The translations under genes were made by a program, and so were the position numbers. Source: Halorussus marinus (GTDB lineage Archaea > Halobacteriota > Halobacteria > Halobacteriales > Haladaptataceae). From it: DNA of 64,000 nt. The stretch spans positions 248,001 to 312,000 of the forward strand of contig NZ_SBIV01000004.1 of NCBI RefSeq assembly GCF_004765795.1, given 5' to 3'. The notes under the pieces were generated by a model. The model was not told where the DNA came from and ran no database searches. It saw nothing but the letters and a program-made list of their open reading frames with translations. Positions 9,553-20,031 of the stretch are shown in pieces. Position 1 is the first letter of the stretch, and the number at the start of each line of letters is the position of its first letter.

Positions 9553-10806
9553 TCACTCGTCGACTCGGAGCGGCGGCGACGCGCTGACGACGAACAGCGC
9601 GCCACTCCCGACAGCCGCCGCGAGCACGCTCATTCCCACGCCCACGACCTGCACGGACAGTTCGAATCCGAGTCGGGGCGTCGCGGCGCCGATGGCACCG
9701 CCCATCACGATGGGCGTGAGCGTCGAGGTCAGCCGCCCGGTCCCCTCGCCGAGGCTCACGAGGCCGCCCCGGAGGTCCGGGGGCGCCAGCGTGGTGATGA
9801 TACTCCGGTACAGCGAGAGCACGATCCCGAACCCGACGCCCATAACGACGACCCCGAGGAAGGCGATCGGAAGGCTCCCGGCGGCGAACACCACACAGAG
9901 CCCGCCGCCCATCGCGGCGTTCATCGCGACGAGCGGGTAGAGCCGGCTCTCGAAGCGCGCCGTGATGCGACCGGCCTGGGTCGCCGCCAAGGCGTAGCTC
10001 AGGCTCCCGACGGCCGCCAGGAGCCCCGCCTGGGCCGGAGAGCCGCCGAGGAGATCGACCACGAGGATCGAGTTGTAGGTGAGAAACCCGAGCCAGACGA
10101 CGTTTGGCGTGCCCCGCGCGAGGATCATCGCCCACGCGCGCCGCTGGGCGACGAGTTCCCGGAGGTCGGCGAGCTGACGCCGAACGGGCGCGTCGTCGGC
10201 GGTCGGGTCGACGTCGGGGTCGACCGGCTCCTCGAACCAGACGTAGACGACCGCGGCGATGGGGAACGCGATGGCATACAGCAAGAACGGGTACTGCCAC
10301 GCCACGCCGACCAACACGCCCGCGCCGAGCGGGAACACTGTCTGGGAGAGCCCCGAGCCCGTGAATCGGAGTCCCTGTGCGGTCGCCTCCTTCGTTCCCG
10401 CATAGAGGTCGCCGATGCTGGTGATGATGATCGGCGTGAGCGAGGCGAACCCGATGCCCTGGAGTAATCGGAGAAAGAGTGCGACCCGGAAGTCGGTGGT
10501 GAGCGCGATCGCGGTGCCGGCCGACCCGAACACGAGGAGTCCGAACAGGATCACCGGTCGTCGCCCGTACCGGTCGGCGATCACGCCGATGATCGGGATG
10601 ACGACGACGGCGGGCGCCGTGAACGCCGACATCAGCAGTCCGATGTTCGCCGGCGTCGCGCCGAACGGGCCGATGAGCGACCCGAGGACCGGCGAGAGCA
10701 GCGCCGTGCCGAGCGGCGGGAGCAGGTTCGCGACGAAGAGCAGTTGGAACGGTCGCTCGGTGAGGACTTCGGCGTCCGCTCCGAGGACCGACGAGAGGGA
10801 GGCCAC
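9553..10806 (-). CDS. MFS transporter
   Basis: About 12 hydrophobic segments; motif A GVIADRYGRRPV; GTG start. Confidence 0.9.
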   Translation of the reverse strand: MASLSSVLGADAEVLTERPFQLLFVANLLPPLGTALLSPVLGSLIGPFGATPANIGLLMSAFTAPAVVVIPIIGVIADRYGRRPVILFGLLVFGSAGTAIALTTDFRVALFLRLLQGIGFASLTPIIITSIGDLYAGTKEATAQGLRFTGSGLSQTVFPLGAGVLVGVAWQYPFLLYAIAFPIAAVVYVWFEEPVDPDVDPTADDAPVRRQLADLRELVAQRRAWAMILARGTPNVVWLGFLTYNSILVVDLLGGSPAQAGLLAAVGSLSYALAATQAGRITARFESRLYPLVAMNAAMGGGLCVVFAAGSLPIAFLGVVVMGVGFGIVLSLYRSIITTLAPPDLRGGLVSLGEGTGRLTSTLTPIVMGGAIGAATPRLGFELSVQVVGVGMSVLAAAVGSGALFVVSASPPLRVDE

Positions 10807-10969
10807 AGGTAGTGGTTGCTGCGGTGGGGATTAAATATGGCTGTCCGTCTCTGCTGGGCTTTCAGGTTGGTAGGTAGTAACATTGTGTCCGCGGCGAGGC
10901 GAATGGCTCGCAGGTTCTGGGCGAGTACGATCGCGAGTGACCTACCAATTATACTGAGGCGGGCTACGC

Positions 10970-11463
10970 GCTATTGCTTTGATCGTTCCGCTGAAGGTCT
11001 GTCTGTGCATGGTTATCAACCCCAGAATCGGGGATGGGAATCATTTCCTCTTGAATCCCTGTCCCGTAATTGGTCTATCAGGTTTGCAATTCGCCCGTTA
11101 GAGCGATGTCCTTCTTGATCGGGTGGTCGCAGTGGTGAACCGTCCCATTCTGGGTCGTGAGGACGACTCATGCAGGTTCGATTCGTGTGTTGGTGATACG
11201 TGCGCGACGGCTCCGCAGCCTCGTTTGACTGTTCCGGCTGTGATGCCGTTCACTGTCTCCGATTCGTTGCCAAAAGGTTTGATTGTGGCTGTCGTGGTTG
11301 TCTGTTTGCCCGGAAAAATGTTGCCGTTTCGATTGATGACCAGTAATGTGTGAGTATCCGTGAGGATTGAGAGTGTTTGACCGAGTCGGACCGGGCGGCC
11401 GAAGAACTCCCGCTGATCGTTCAGATACACCGTCTAATAATTTACACCGAGAGCGACGCGTTT
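10970..11463 (-). pseudogene. Degraded 3' fragment of a DUF4330-repeat surface protein
   Basis: Across stops and frameshifts it reads REFFGRPVRLGQTLSILTDTHTL ... RITNTRIEPA*VVLTTQNGTVHHCDHPIKKDIALTGELQT, resembling VRFEGEPLEVGRQLKLDFGPVTL and VENKSVRPTEVVVKDQNGNLHERTHPRKQTVTLELTLNT of the 6712-7194 protein; ends approximate. Confidence 0.6.
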
Positions 11464-12008
11464 CTTCTGGGCGCACTGTCTAGTTGAGCCAGTTTGAGGA
11501 ACGAGCAGGCCGTTGAGTTTCTTGATCAAGATGCTCGCAGACCTGCTCAAACGGAACGTAGAGACGGACTTAGAAGAAACTGGGGAGGATAAACGGACGG
11601 CGGCGCCCGTTAGGGCGTTCGCCGTCCGGCTTCACGAAACAGGCTGTTCGCTTCGGGAAACAACAGTAATTTGTCGGTCTTAGACGTTCAACGGTCTCAC
11701 GGAGCGGTCTGGAGGTGGGTGCATCTGCTGGCTGACAGCGGGTCGCGGTTGACGAGACCGCTGTCAAGATTAACGGTGAGTGGTCTTGGGTGTATGCTGC
11801 AATCGACATCGAGACAAAGGTACTGCTCGATGTCGCGTTGTTTGGGCGGCGTGGCACTGACCCAGCAGCTACGTCTGCATCAACTCACCGAGAAATACGA
11901 TCTCTCGGATGCAACGTTTCTCGTCGATGGTTACGTCTATCTGACTGCCGTCTTACGGTTAAGATTGATCAATCGGCTCGACTACACTGACCGAAACCAC
12001 GTCGAAAA

Positions 12009-13445
12009 CTGTGCCGTTTCGAGTAGTTAAATCCGGCGCGAGCGCGTCATATTCGGTTTGATGGGAACACAGATTGACTCACCGATCGACAGTTCATCTC
12101 CATCATCCGTCGGGGCTGAGTTCTACTCGCTGCTCGACGCAGTCGACAGCGAGTCTATAGCCGATGATTTCGAGATCGGCACCTACACCGCCAAACACGA
12201 CTTTGTCAACCATCTCAAAGTCGCCGTCTTCGAGGGTGTACACCCATCCGACTCGCTCGACGAGCTCGCTGAGAGAACGGACACGCACGATGAGTTAGAG
12301 TACATGGCTGGCTCGACCTTCTCTCGACTGACGAACGACCGCGACTACCGCGCGGTCGTTCGTCTCTTCTTCGAGCTACTCCACTCACCTCAGCTCTACC
12401 ACCAACGTGGTGTCCAACGCAAACAACTCGACTGGCTAGAGCGAGCTGTTGTGGCGACTGATTCCACGAATCTCACCCTTACCCGGTCGGTCGCAGTCCC
12501 TAGCGAGAGCCGTGCTACCGAGATTTTGCACGTGATAGAACCAGGTGAGAAGGGCCTTCATTTCAATCTTGCCGCACGCGTTGACGGCAACGCCAAGCAT
12601 CCGCTTGGCGTGACGCTCACGCCAGGCGTGATGCGGGAACCGACTCAGTTCGACCATCTCCAGAGCGATGTCGAGGTCTTTGCAGACCTCGACTCGCCGA
12701 TTCACGTGTTCGATCGTGGCTATCTCGATTACGAGCGATTCTGCTCACTCAAGAAGCAAAACAAGGACTTCATTTGTCCGCTCCAGACAGACGCGCGCGT
12801 CGACGTCCTGGAACACGTCCAGGACGTCGAGATTACCGACGAACAGGGGACACGACACCTCCGCGATGAACGAATCGAGCTCGCTGAGACCAACGAAGAA
12901 TTCCGCCGCATCGTCTTCGAAGACGTCGATAGCGAAGAACTCGCGTACCTGACGACGTTGTCGTCAGGATACGCTCCCGTAGAGGTGATCAGCATCTACA
13001 CGCTTCGAACCATGGTCGAAATCCTCTTTCGAGAACTGAAACAGTACACGAATATTGAGAATTTCCACTCACAGTCGCTGAATGGCGTCTTATTCAAGAT
13101 ATTCTGTACGTTGATTGGGTATGTGCTTGTCGAGTGGTTCCGGCAACGCCACCCCCTGCAGGGTGGCGTGCCGGGAACGATTCGCACAATCCGAACGCGG
13201 TGGAACACGTCGCTGCGAACCTATGGCTGAATACGTCTCGCGGCGATTGGAGCGCCGCCGCTCCAGCGGCGGCACTCCTCAGTCGGTTAGTTTCTCGTCA
13301 ACATCCGGGAGCTGATCCGAGATGGACGCCCTCTCTCCAGGTTGTTCTTCCTGAGAATGTTGTGCTGCTCGAGCACAGATACGGTCGTCGACTCGAATCT
13401 ATTGCGTCGCTTGCTCGGTGACTTTATCAACTCGAAATGGGACAG
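12009..13445 (+). mobile_element. IS4-family insertion sequence (1437 bp) nested in the IS6
   Basis: TIRs ctgtgccgtttcgagtagttaaa / tttatcaactcgaaatgggacag (19/23 match); 8-bp target duplication gtcgaaaa at 12001-12008 and 13446-13453. Confidence 0.92.
12058..13230 (+). CDS. IS4-family DDE transposase, apparently intact
   Basis: ATDST, VFDRGYLDY and YTLRTMVEILFRELKQ (Y-2-R-3-E-6-K) motifs; ATG alternative at 12061. Confidence 0.9.
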   Translation: MMGTQIDSPIDSSSPSSVGAEFYSLLDAVDSESIADDFEIGTYTAKHDFVNHLKVAVFEGVHPSDSLDELAERTDTHDELEYMAGSTFSRLTNDRDYRAVVRLFFELLHSPQLYHQRGVQRKQLDWLERAVVATDSTNLTLTRSVAVPSESRATEILHVIEPGEKGLHFNLAARVDGNAKHPLGVTLTPGVMREPTQFDHLQSDVEVFADLDSPIHVFDRGYLDYERFCSLKKQNKDFICPLQTDARVDVLEHVQDVEITDEQGTRHLRDERIELAETNEEFRRIVFEDVDSEELAYLTTLSSGYAPVEVISIYTLRTMVEILFRELKQYTNIENFHSQSLNGVLFKIFCTLIGYVLVEWFRQRHPLQGGVPGTIRTIRTRWNTSLRTYG

Positions 13446-13687
13446 GTCGAAAAGTGGTTTCACACCCCCAAGATGCGGATCGACCGCTTCCACAACTCAG
13501 GGGTGGGCAGTCAGGCGAGCGTCCGCGAGTAGCTTGAACAGTTTGTGCATTACTATAATCGGCAGCGACCGCACCAAGTACTCGACGGAAGGACACTAAC
13601 TGAGGAGGTGCTGAACTAGGCAGTGAGCTTCTGGGTAATTAGAATCCAAAAGTACTTATTCATACAGCAGTAGATGACAAGTAATCA

Positions 13688-14647
13688 ATGGCAATCGTTC
13701 CTTCCCCTCGCTCCATCTCACGCTTCGTACTTGACGTTACGGATAGGGTCCAAACGGACGGAAAATCAGGATTAACATGGGCGGGACTTCGAGCGTATCA
13801 GCGACTCTGCGTCGACAATTTTCCAGAGCTATTTGACTATCCATGGACAAATGCTTTTAAACGTGATTGGGATGTCCTTATTCTTCTTGACGCTTGTCGA
13901 CTTGACTTACTCCAAGACGTCGAAACCCAGTACGACTTCCTAAAAAATGCACAGCAAGATTCAGTGTATTCACCAAGTGGACTCTCGCATGGATGGATGG
14001 AAGCTACGATAACGGAAGATGTTATTAATACTATAATAAAATCCACGTATATTACTGGAAACCCTCACACAGAATTTGTTGAGATGACAAACCAGTTTGC
14101 TCAACTTGACGAAGCATGGCGTAATGACTGGGACGATAGTTTAGGAACAATTCCAGCGAGACCACTCACTAACCGTGCTATTTGGTATTGGCGGAACACG
14201 GATACTGACCGGATGATCGTCCACTATATGCAACCACACTTCCCCTCTATTCCGTGTATTGAGATAGGTTCTGAGTTGAGTATAGATAAAATTGGATCTG
14301 AATGGAAAAATAGCGTTTGGGATAGACTGCGAAAAAATGAACTCACTTATGAGCGGGTCTGGGACGCATATAAACAAAACTTAGAATATGTTCTCGATGA
14401 CGTCCAACTCCTCCTTGAAAATATTGACGCTCAACAAGTAGTAATCAGTGCAGACCACGGTAACGCTATCGGAGAATACGGTTTCTACGGCCATGGGAAG
14501 ATACCACTCACCTGCGTTAGAGAAGTTCCATGGTACGAAGTATCTGCCACAGATGATAGAACACACGAACCCCCGAAACCAAATCGGAACCCTGAGGATA
14601 GTGTCGGAACTAAATCTAAGCTACGCTCACTAGGTTACCTTGAATAA
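13688..14647 (+). CDS. Alkaline-phosphatase/sulfatase-superfamily protein (haloarchaeal AlkP-core type)
   Basis: LILLDACRLD, VHYMQPHFP, ISADHGNAIGEYGFYGH, C-terminal LRSLGYLE. Confidence 0.8.
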   Translation: MAIVPSPRSISRFVLDVTDRVQTDGKSGLTWAGLRAYQRLCVDNFPELFDYPWTNAFKRDWDVLILLDACRLDLLQDVETQYDFLKNAQQDSVYSPSGLSHGWMEATITEDVINTIIKSTYITGNPHTEFVEMTNQFAQLDEAWRNDWDDSLGTIPARPLTNRAIWYWRNTDTDRMIVHYMQPHFPSIPCIEIGSELSIDKIGSEWKNSVWDRLRKNELTYERVWDAYKQNLEYVLDDVQLLLENIDAQQVVISADHGNAIGEYGFYGHGKIPLTCVREVPWYEVSATDDRTHEPPKPNRNPEDSVGTKSKLRSLGYLE

Positions 14648-14652
14648 CCACC

Positions 14653-15777
14653 ATGAAATTGTCAGTTCTCCACTTAACTAATAATCTAAAAAGTGGAGCA
14701 ATTCCACACACTATTATTGAGCTCTCCCCACACCTCTCAAAAGAGTTCAACATATTTGCGGGCGGGCTTCTGGCAGGAAGTGATGCCCGAGTTAACGAAG
14801 AAGTAATTAATGAGTTAGAAGAGGTAGGAGTGACCCCACTACGATTCCAGTTTGACGTAAAACCGTTCTACAAGGCCATTCGTGAATTATATAATTCATT
14901 AGAATGTATAGATATATTACATACACATCTCGTCCGATCCGGCATCTTTGGGCGTGTTCTTGGCAATATCGCCGGTACACCCTGTATAGTTTCAACTGAA
15001 CAGTCTGTGCATACGGCTGACCAATACAATAAGAAACAGCGCTTTCTAAACAGTGTAACACTTCCACTCGCAGATTATGTAGTACCCATCTCATCAGCAG
15101 TAGAGAAATCGTTTAATTGGTGGGTGAAGTCAACGATACCTTCAAATCGTCGGAGAATTATTCACAATCCAGTTGATGGTAAAAAGATTCAATCATATCG
15201 TGAGGGGTCGATTGCTAGTCCAATTAGACCATTCATTTCGCAATCTTCACCGATTGTAGGTAGCGTAGGCAGACTTGCACCGGTAAAGAACCACGAACTT
15301 CTTCTGGACGCTGTTGCACCACTTACTGACCAGTATCCTGACCTTGGAGTCGTACTCGTCGGGGATGGTCCTCTTGAAGCAACTCTTCGTGAACAGGTGC
15401 AGCAGTTGGGTATAGAAGATTCGGTGCTATTTACGGGCCGAATCGAACGGAGTATGGTTTACACTCTCCTACACGAATTCGACGTGTTCGGAATGCCATC
15501 ACTCCACGAAGGACAGGGGATCGCGCTCTGTGAGGCGATGTGCGCTGGGACACCGATTGTAGCGTCAGATATCCCAGTATTTCGTGACATTCTCGGTGAC
15601 TCGGGACGACTCGTTGACTTCCATGCCGAAGACTGGTCGTCCGAACTTCGTCAAGCAATTTCGGAGAACGACGTAAGAGAGGATCTTCAAGTTCGCGCAC
15701 AAGAGAAATTTTCCCCGCAAAAGACAGCCGCCTTATATGAAGAAATATATAAAAACTCATTGAGGAACAGTGACTGA
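14653..15777 (+). CDS. Glycosyltransferase family 4
   Basis: VGRLAPVKNH, LVGDGPL, PSLHEGQGIALCEAM (Ex7E). Confidence 0.92.
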   Translation: MKLSVLHLTNNLKSGAIPHTIIELSPHLSKEFNIFAGGLLAGSDARVNEEVINELEEVGVTPLRFQFDVKPFYKAIRELYNSLECIDILHTHLVRSGIFGRVLGNIAGTPCIVSTEQSVHTADQYNKKQRFLNSVTLPLADYVVPISSAVEKSFNWWVKSTIPSNRRRIIHNPVDGKKIQSYREGSIASPIRPFISQSSPIVGSVGRLAPVKNHELLLDAVAPLTDQYPDLGVVLVGDGPLEATLREQVQQLGIEDSVLFTGRIERSMVYTLLHEFDVFGMPSLHEGQGIALCEAMCAGTPIVASDIPVFRDILGDSGRLVDFHAEDWSSELRQAISENDVREDLQVRAQEKFSPQKTAALYEEIYKNSLRNSD

Positions 15778-15787
15778 GGGGTTGTGA

Positions 15788-17239
15788 TTAACTTGAAATA
15801 ATATCTCGCAAGGATCTAATTATTAATGTGATCTCGTCTCTAGAAACACCACCGATACCATATAGTATTATAAAGTAAAGTACAGCCGATGAGAGAATGG
15901 TGAACCAAATATTCTCGATCCACAACTGTCTGGCCAGGATATACATGAGGATGGCCGCGGTTCCAATCTTATTGACACCGGGAAAATGACTGTGAATTCC
16001 TAATTTCGAGCGAGACCATAATAGGATCACTGACAATACTAGCAGATATGAAACAACCGTCGTGATTACTGCTCCGAATAAGCCGAGTATCGGGATGAGG
16101 ATAGCATTCAGGATGACGTTAATTACTGCGCCAGAGAACCGAATAGAGGCTATCCTCTTCGGGGATTCTGCCGCAAAAAACAAACTACTATAAAGACGAA
16201 TCAGACTCCAAAGTGCTATGCCTATCCCGAGAGCAGGCAAAAGGTTCGCTGCCTGGACTGCGATTGACTCAGGTGCGATTAATCTTAGCAGAGACTCTCC
16301 TACAAGGAGGAATCCCAAGATTGAGGGGACACAAAGCGTTAGAAAATACCGCACGCCAGAGTTGAGGTATTGAATCGCCCTCTGACTTTCTCCGTCTTCC
16401 CAGAGGTTACTAAATTCGGGGAAAAATGAATTATTCAGCGGGAGTGCGAACAGGAGTATGAGGTTAGAAACTTTGTATGCAGTAGTGTAAACACCAACTG
16501 CGGTCGGCCCAAGGAAATAGCCAATGAGAAGTCGATCTGCACGGCTTAGAAATCCGCTCGAAACCTGACTAATCATAAATAGTGCTGAGTAATCAAATAT
16601 ACCTGGAATAGTTTGGAATTTAGGTACAGTGATTCCGATTCTCCGAATGACATCCGCCTGTAAAATAAGGAAAAAACAAATTTCTATGCCAATGATAGCA
16701 GTAACGACATCAGATAAGGATCCTGACATTATTACAACAATATAACTCACCATGCCTATCGTCACATACGTTTTCAAACCGTCTATGATCGAATAGAGTT
16801 TCAAAAACCTAGACGACTTGTAATAGTTTTTGACTATTCTGTTTAGGATACTAAGTGGCACAAGAACTGAACCCATCTGATACATTGCAGTATACTCTGT
16901 GTCTCCTAACGTCAGAGTTGAGATCTGACTTGAGTAAAAATAAAGAATCGCAGATATAGCGAACCCTATTAATGCAACAAAAGCTAATACGTCAAAATAT
17001 ATAATACATTTTTCTTTTTTATCTGTGCATCGCTGGAAATATCTGATGAGACCAGCATGGAGCCCTAGCCCAAATATTCCTGCAAATAAATTTGTGACGA
17101 CAAGGAGCTGAGCGTAGGCTCCATAGGCGCTGGTACCGAGATAAAATGTGATAATGGGTATGAAGAAAATACCACGTCCTTTTTGTGCTATCTTAACAAC
17201 TGTAGAAACAATAACATCTGATATTATCTTATCTTTCAT
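15788..17239 (-). CDS. Oligosaccharide flippase (Wzx/MOP superfamily)
   Basis: About 14 TM segments; YLGTSAYGAY, DRLLIGYFLGPTAVGVYTTAYKV, LNAILIPILGLFGA. Confidence 0.88.
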   Translation of the reverse strand: MKDKIISDVIVSTVVKIAQKGRGIFFIPIITFYLGTSAYGAYAQLLVVTNLFAGIFGLGLHAGLIRYFQRCTDKKEKCIIYFDVLAFVALIGFAISAILYFYSSQISTLTLGDTEYTAMYQMGSVLVPLSILNRIVKNYYKSSRFLKLYSIIDGLKTYVTIGMVSYIVVIMSGSLSDVVTAIIGIEICFFLILQADVIRRIGITVPKFQTIPGIFDYSALFMISQVSSGFLSRADRLLIGYFLGPTAVGVYTTAYKVSNLILLFALPLNNSFFPEFSNLWEDGESQRAIQYLNSGVRYFLTLCVPSILGFLLVGESLLRLIAPESIAVQAANLLPALGIGIALWSLIRLYSSLFFAAESPKRIASIRFSGAVINVILNAILIPILGLFGAVITTVVSYLLVLSVILLWSRSKLGIHSHFPGVNKIGTAAILMYILARQLWIENIWFTILSSAVLYFIILYGIGGVSRDEITLIIRSLRDIISS

Positions 17240-18668
17240 TTTTATTTCTATAATATATAAAAATAATAGGAGAAAGTAATAATAAATGGTTCGAAATCAA
17301 CCAGAGAGCATTATTACCTAACTCTCCAGAGGCTACCGAGGCAAGACAGACACTGTACACAAGTAAAAAAACAGGAGAGTGGCGGTTCTTTACGAGAGTC
17401 TGGTAGAGAAGTCGAAGTGTGAACCCAAATAAGAGTGCTCCAACAATGATAGCAACGAGGCCACCATCAACGTATAACCGACCAATCATTCCGGGAGGTC
17501 TTCCACCATTTGCATCTGGACGGAATATTCTTCGAATTAATGAACCCACCGTAAGTACCGGTTTATCGGGCCAGACTGATCGAGGAATATAGTTGAGTGG
17601 AACTCGGAAAACAAATGTCCCCCAGAAGTACCCAATCTGTTCCGGAACAATTGATACTGTTACGAGGAGGTTATCTAAGTGACTATTATGGATGCCGAAG
17701 GTCAATATTTCGATGAGCCTGGCAGTATCGAACGACCCCGTTAGATCTCCCCCACTACGAAGACCACCCGAAACGACCGTACCGATTCCGATAAGTACGC
17801 CGAGCACTGGGAGTGACAACTGCTTCACTCGACGGTGTAAGCGATCAGCAGTGAAGTGGATATGACCCGACTTCGTTTCGAGAACGGGATATATATGCAC
17901 GTAGTACATCATAATAACTGAGATTAATATTATCAGAATAACCTGTCCGCGACCTCCTAATAGGAAGAAGAAACCAGAAATAGGAATGAGTGGAAGTAAG
18001 TGCGCGATCCCTGTTCGATTCCCGTCAATAAGCGTCCCAGTTATCCAAACAAGATAACCAATGTACATCGAACGGGCACCCAACTTGAAATGCGTCGCTC
18101 CATCGAACACGTTACTTCGCGGTTCCATCGTCGTATAGAGATATAAGAGGTTCCAATCAAGTGCAGACGCCACGAGTAGGATGTAGGACAACGTACCAAA
18201 GACCATGTACAGTAATCCAGCACGGCGGAACATCGTTCCGTCGTGGTCCCCGGAATCAGAAAAGAAAGTAGGTACCGTAATCCACCGCTCGATTTTAAAG
18301 TAATAGCCAATCAGCAACATCCCGTAGAATAGCACGTATAGTACTGAAACAATGAAAAACGCCGTAGAAAACTCCCAAGAAACCCACTTAGGATATCTAA
18401 AGTAGGGGTCTTGGAGATACACACGATCGAATATCGCTACGGTGGTCATGAACATAAATATTGAATAAAATACAATTGGTTCGAAGATATCGAACGTACC
18501 TCGAATGAGAGAAACAACGGTCGGAATCGCACAAACTAGAAAGAGTAATGCAATCAGCACAGATTGTAAGCCAAAGAAAAAGGAAAGGAGACCGCTAAGT
18601 GTACCGACTACTACGGCTACAAGTGCGACAGACACGTTCCGGTATTTGCCCTCCACAGCTGTATTCAT
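17229..18668 (-). CDS. Wzy-like oligosaccharide repeat-unit polymerase
   Basis: Polytopic with a large late loop containing IPRSVWPDKP and GRLYVDGG; LLGGRG; overlaps the flippase start. Confidence 0.7.
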   Translation of the reverse strand: MNTAVEGKYRNVSVALVAVVVGTLSGLLSFFFGLQSVLIALLFLVCAIPTVVSLIRGTFDIFEPIVFYSIFMFMTTVAIFDRVYLQDPYFRYPKWVSWEFSTAFFIVSVLYVLFYGMLLIGYYFKIERWITVPTFFSDSGDHDGTMFRRAGLLYMVFGTLSYILLVASALDWNLLYLYTTMEPRSNVFDGATHFKLGARSMYIGYLVWITGTLIDGNRTGIAHLLPLIPISGFFFLLGGRGQVILIILISVIMMYYVHIYPVLETKSGHIHFTADRLHRRVKQLSLPVLGVLIGIGTVVSGGLRSGGDLTGSFDTARLIEILTFGIHNSHLDNLLVTVSIVPEQIGYFWGTFVFRVPLNYIPRSVWPDKPVLTVGSLIRRIFRPDANGGRPPGMIGRLYVDGGLVAIIVGALLFGFTLRLLYQTLVKNRHSPVFLLVYSVCLASVASGELGNNALWLISNHLLLLSPIIFIYYRNKNER

Positions 18669-18718
18669 TGAGCGTCCTTGGTTAGTAACATGCTTGTTTC
18701 TAGGAATACTGTTTCTAA

Positions 18719-19885
18719 CTACGTGGCAAGGGATTCGAGCAATTTCTCATATCGTTCGACATAGCGTCCCATAGAGTACTCCTGAACAATATGTTCGCGC
18801 CCAGAAGTCCCAAGATCAGTCGCATACCCGGGGTTTTCGATGAGCGTTCCTAATGCTTGCGTTATCGATTGGGCATTTCCAGGTTCGACAAGTAATCCCG
18901 TTTCACCGTCTTGAACGACCTCGCTAGTGCCACCGACGTCAGTAGCAACGACAGGACGCTCCATGGCGAGAGCCTCCCGTACAGCACCGGGTATCCCTTC
19001 ACCAAACGACGGCAGCACAAACACGTCAAGGTCGTCGAGAAACGTGGGCATGTCTTCAACCCAACCGACAAAGGTCACGATATCATCTATTCCCTTTTCC
19101 TTTACTCTATTCTCAAGTCGTTGTTTATATGGGCTATCACTGACATTTGGTGGCTTACCAGCAATTCGCAGTTCGATACTCATGCCATTTTTGTACAGAT
19201 CTTCAATTGCTTCGATGAGATACTCAATTCCCTTCCTTTCGGAAAGCACAGCAGCAGTTCCAATCACTGTCGGGAATTCCCCAGGACTTGGTTGTTTTGA
19301 TGGAGAAAACTCATCCACATCTATTCCTTTATGGAAAAAAGTGAATTTATTACTATAAGTATTTTGTTGTCTATTTGTAAATACTTGGTCCGCTTGCTCT
19401 TCGTACTCCATGAATACAGTATCTGCGACTCGTAGTCCCAGTTCATTCAGATATGCCATTTTACCCTTTGATTGGAGTCCGAGCCCGATATTCCAGATGA
19501 TAGATGCATCTACAACGAATGTATTTGGGACGAGAGTAAGGACTTCACGAATGTTTTTACACCATATAACATCAGATTTCTTAAGTAAATATTTAGCCTC
19601 AACGTTAAATTGGAAAATCCGAGCCCCTGTTTTCATCACCTTAGCGGGTGAGAACGAAAGTAGCTCTCGATTATATGTGTCTAATATCCCACGAAAGGGA
19701 ACGATTTCGACTTCGATTCCTTGTTCTGCTGCACGTTGGCATAACTCATCAGAAGACTGCGAAAGAACAATTGGAAGAAACTTGTCTCGATCAATTGATG
19801 TTAGTAATCGGAGGAGCATCTGCGATGCACCACCAAATGATTCGTAAGCAGTGTGGAAAAAAAGGACGGTCGTACGGTCACTCAT
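18719..19885 (-). CDS. Glycosyltransferase family 4
   Basis: GGASQM, RKGIEYLIEA, PSFGEGIPGAVREALA, TDVGGTSEVV; start at MSDRTT (19885). Confidence 0.92.
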   Translation of the reverse strand: MSDRTTVLFFHTAYESFGGASQMLLRLLTSIDRDKFLPIVLSQSSDELCQRAAEQGIEVEIVPFRGILDTYNRELLSFSPAKVMKTGARIFQFNVEAKYLLKKSDVIWCKNIREVLTLVPNTFVVDASIIWNIGLGLQSKGKMAYLNELGLRVADTVFMEYEEQADQVFTNRQQNTYSNKFTFFHKGIDVDEFSPSKQPSPGEFPTVIGTAAVLSERKGIEYLIEAIEDLYKNGMSIELRIAGKPPNVSDSPYKQRLENRVKEKGIDDIVTFVGWVEDMPTFLDDLDVFVLPSFGEGIPGAVREALAMERPVVATDVGGTSEVVQDGETGLLVEPGNAQSITQALGTLIENPGYATDLGTSGREHIVQEYSMGRYVERYEKLLESLAT

Positions 19886-20031
19886 TGTAATGGCTCCTCT
19901 GCACCTGTAATACTTTACTTTAAGGATTTGAGTCGATGACTCACCCATCTGAATATCGTTACGTCTAAATCCCGTTAGTTGGTTTAATGCTAGCTGAACG
20001 CTTAGACAAACCCACCTAAAATCGCTGACTC

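Larger units (their letters stand above)
11531..13619 (+). pseudogene. IS6 transposase pseudogene, frameshifted and interrupted
   Basis: MLADLL...PVRAFAVRLHETGCSLRET, WVYAAIDIETKVLLDVALFGRRGTDPAA, DRNHVE, [insertion], KWFHTPKMRIDRFHNS...HYYNRQRPHQVLDGRTLTEEVLN*. Confidence 0.9.
11472..13627 (+). mobile_element. IS6-family element, decayed, about 711 bp excluding the nested IS4
   Basis: Imperfect TIRs cgcactgtctagttgagc / gctgaactaggcagtgag; 8-bp direct repeat cttctggg at 11464-11471 and 13628-13635. Confidence 0.92.

Noticed and set aside
10816..11476. ORFs 10816-11118, 11098-11430, 11123-11353 and 11168-11476 as real genes
   Set aside because: Better explained as fragments or shadows of one degraded DUF4330-type pseudogene
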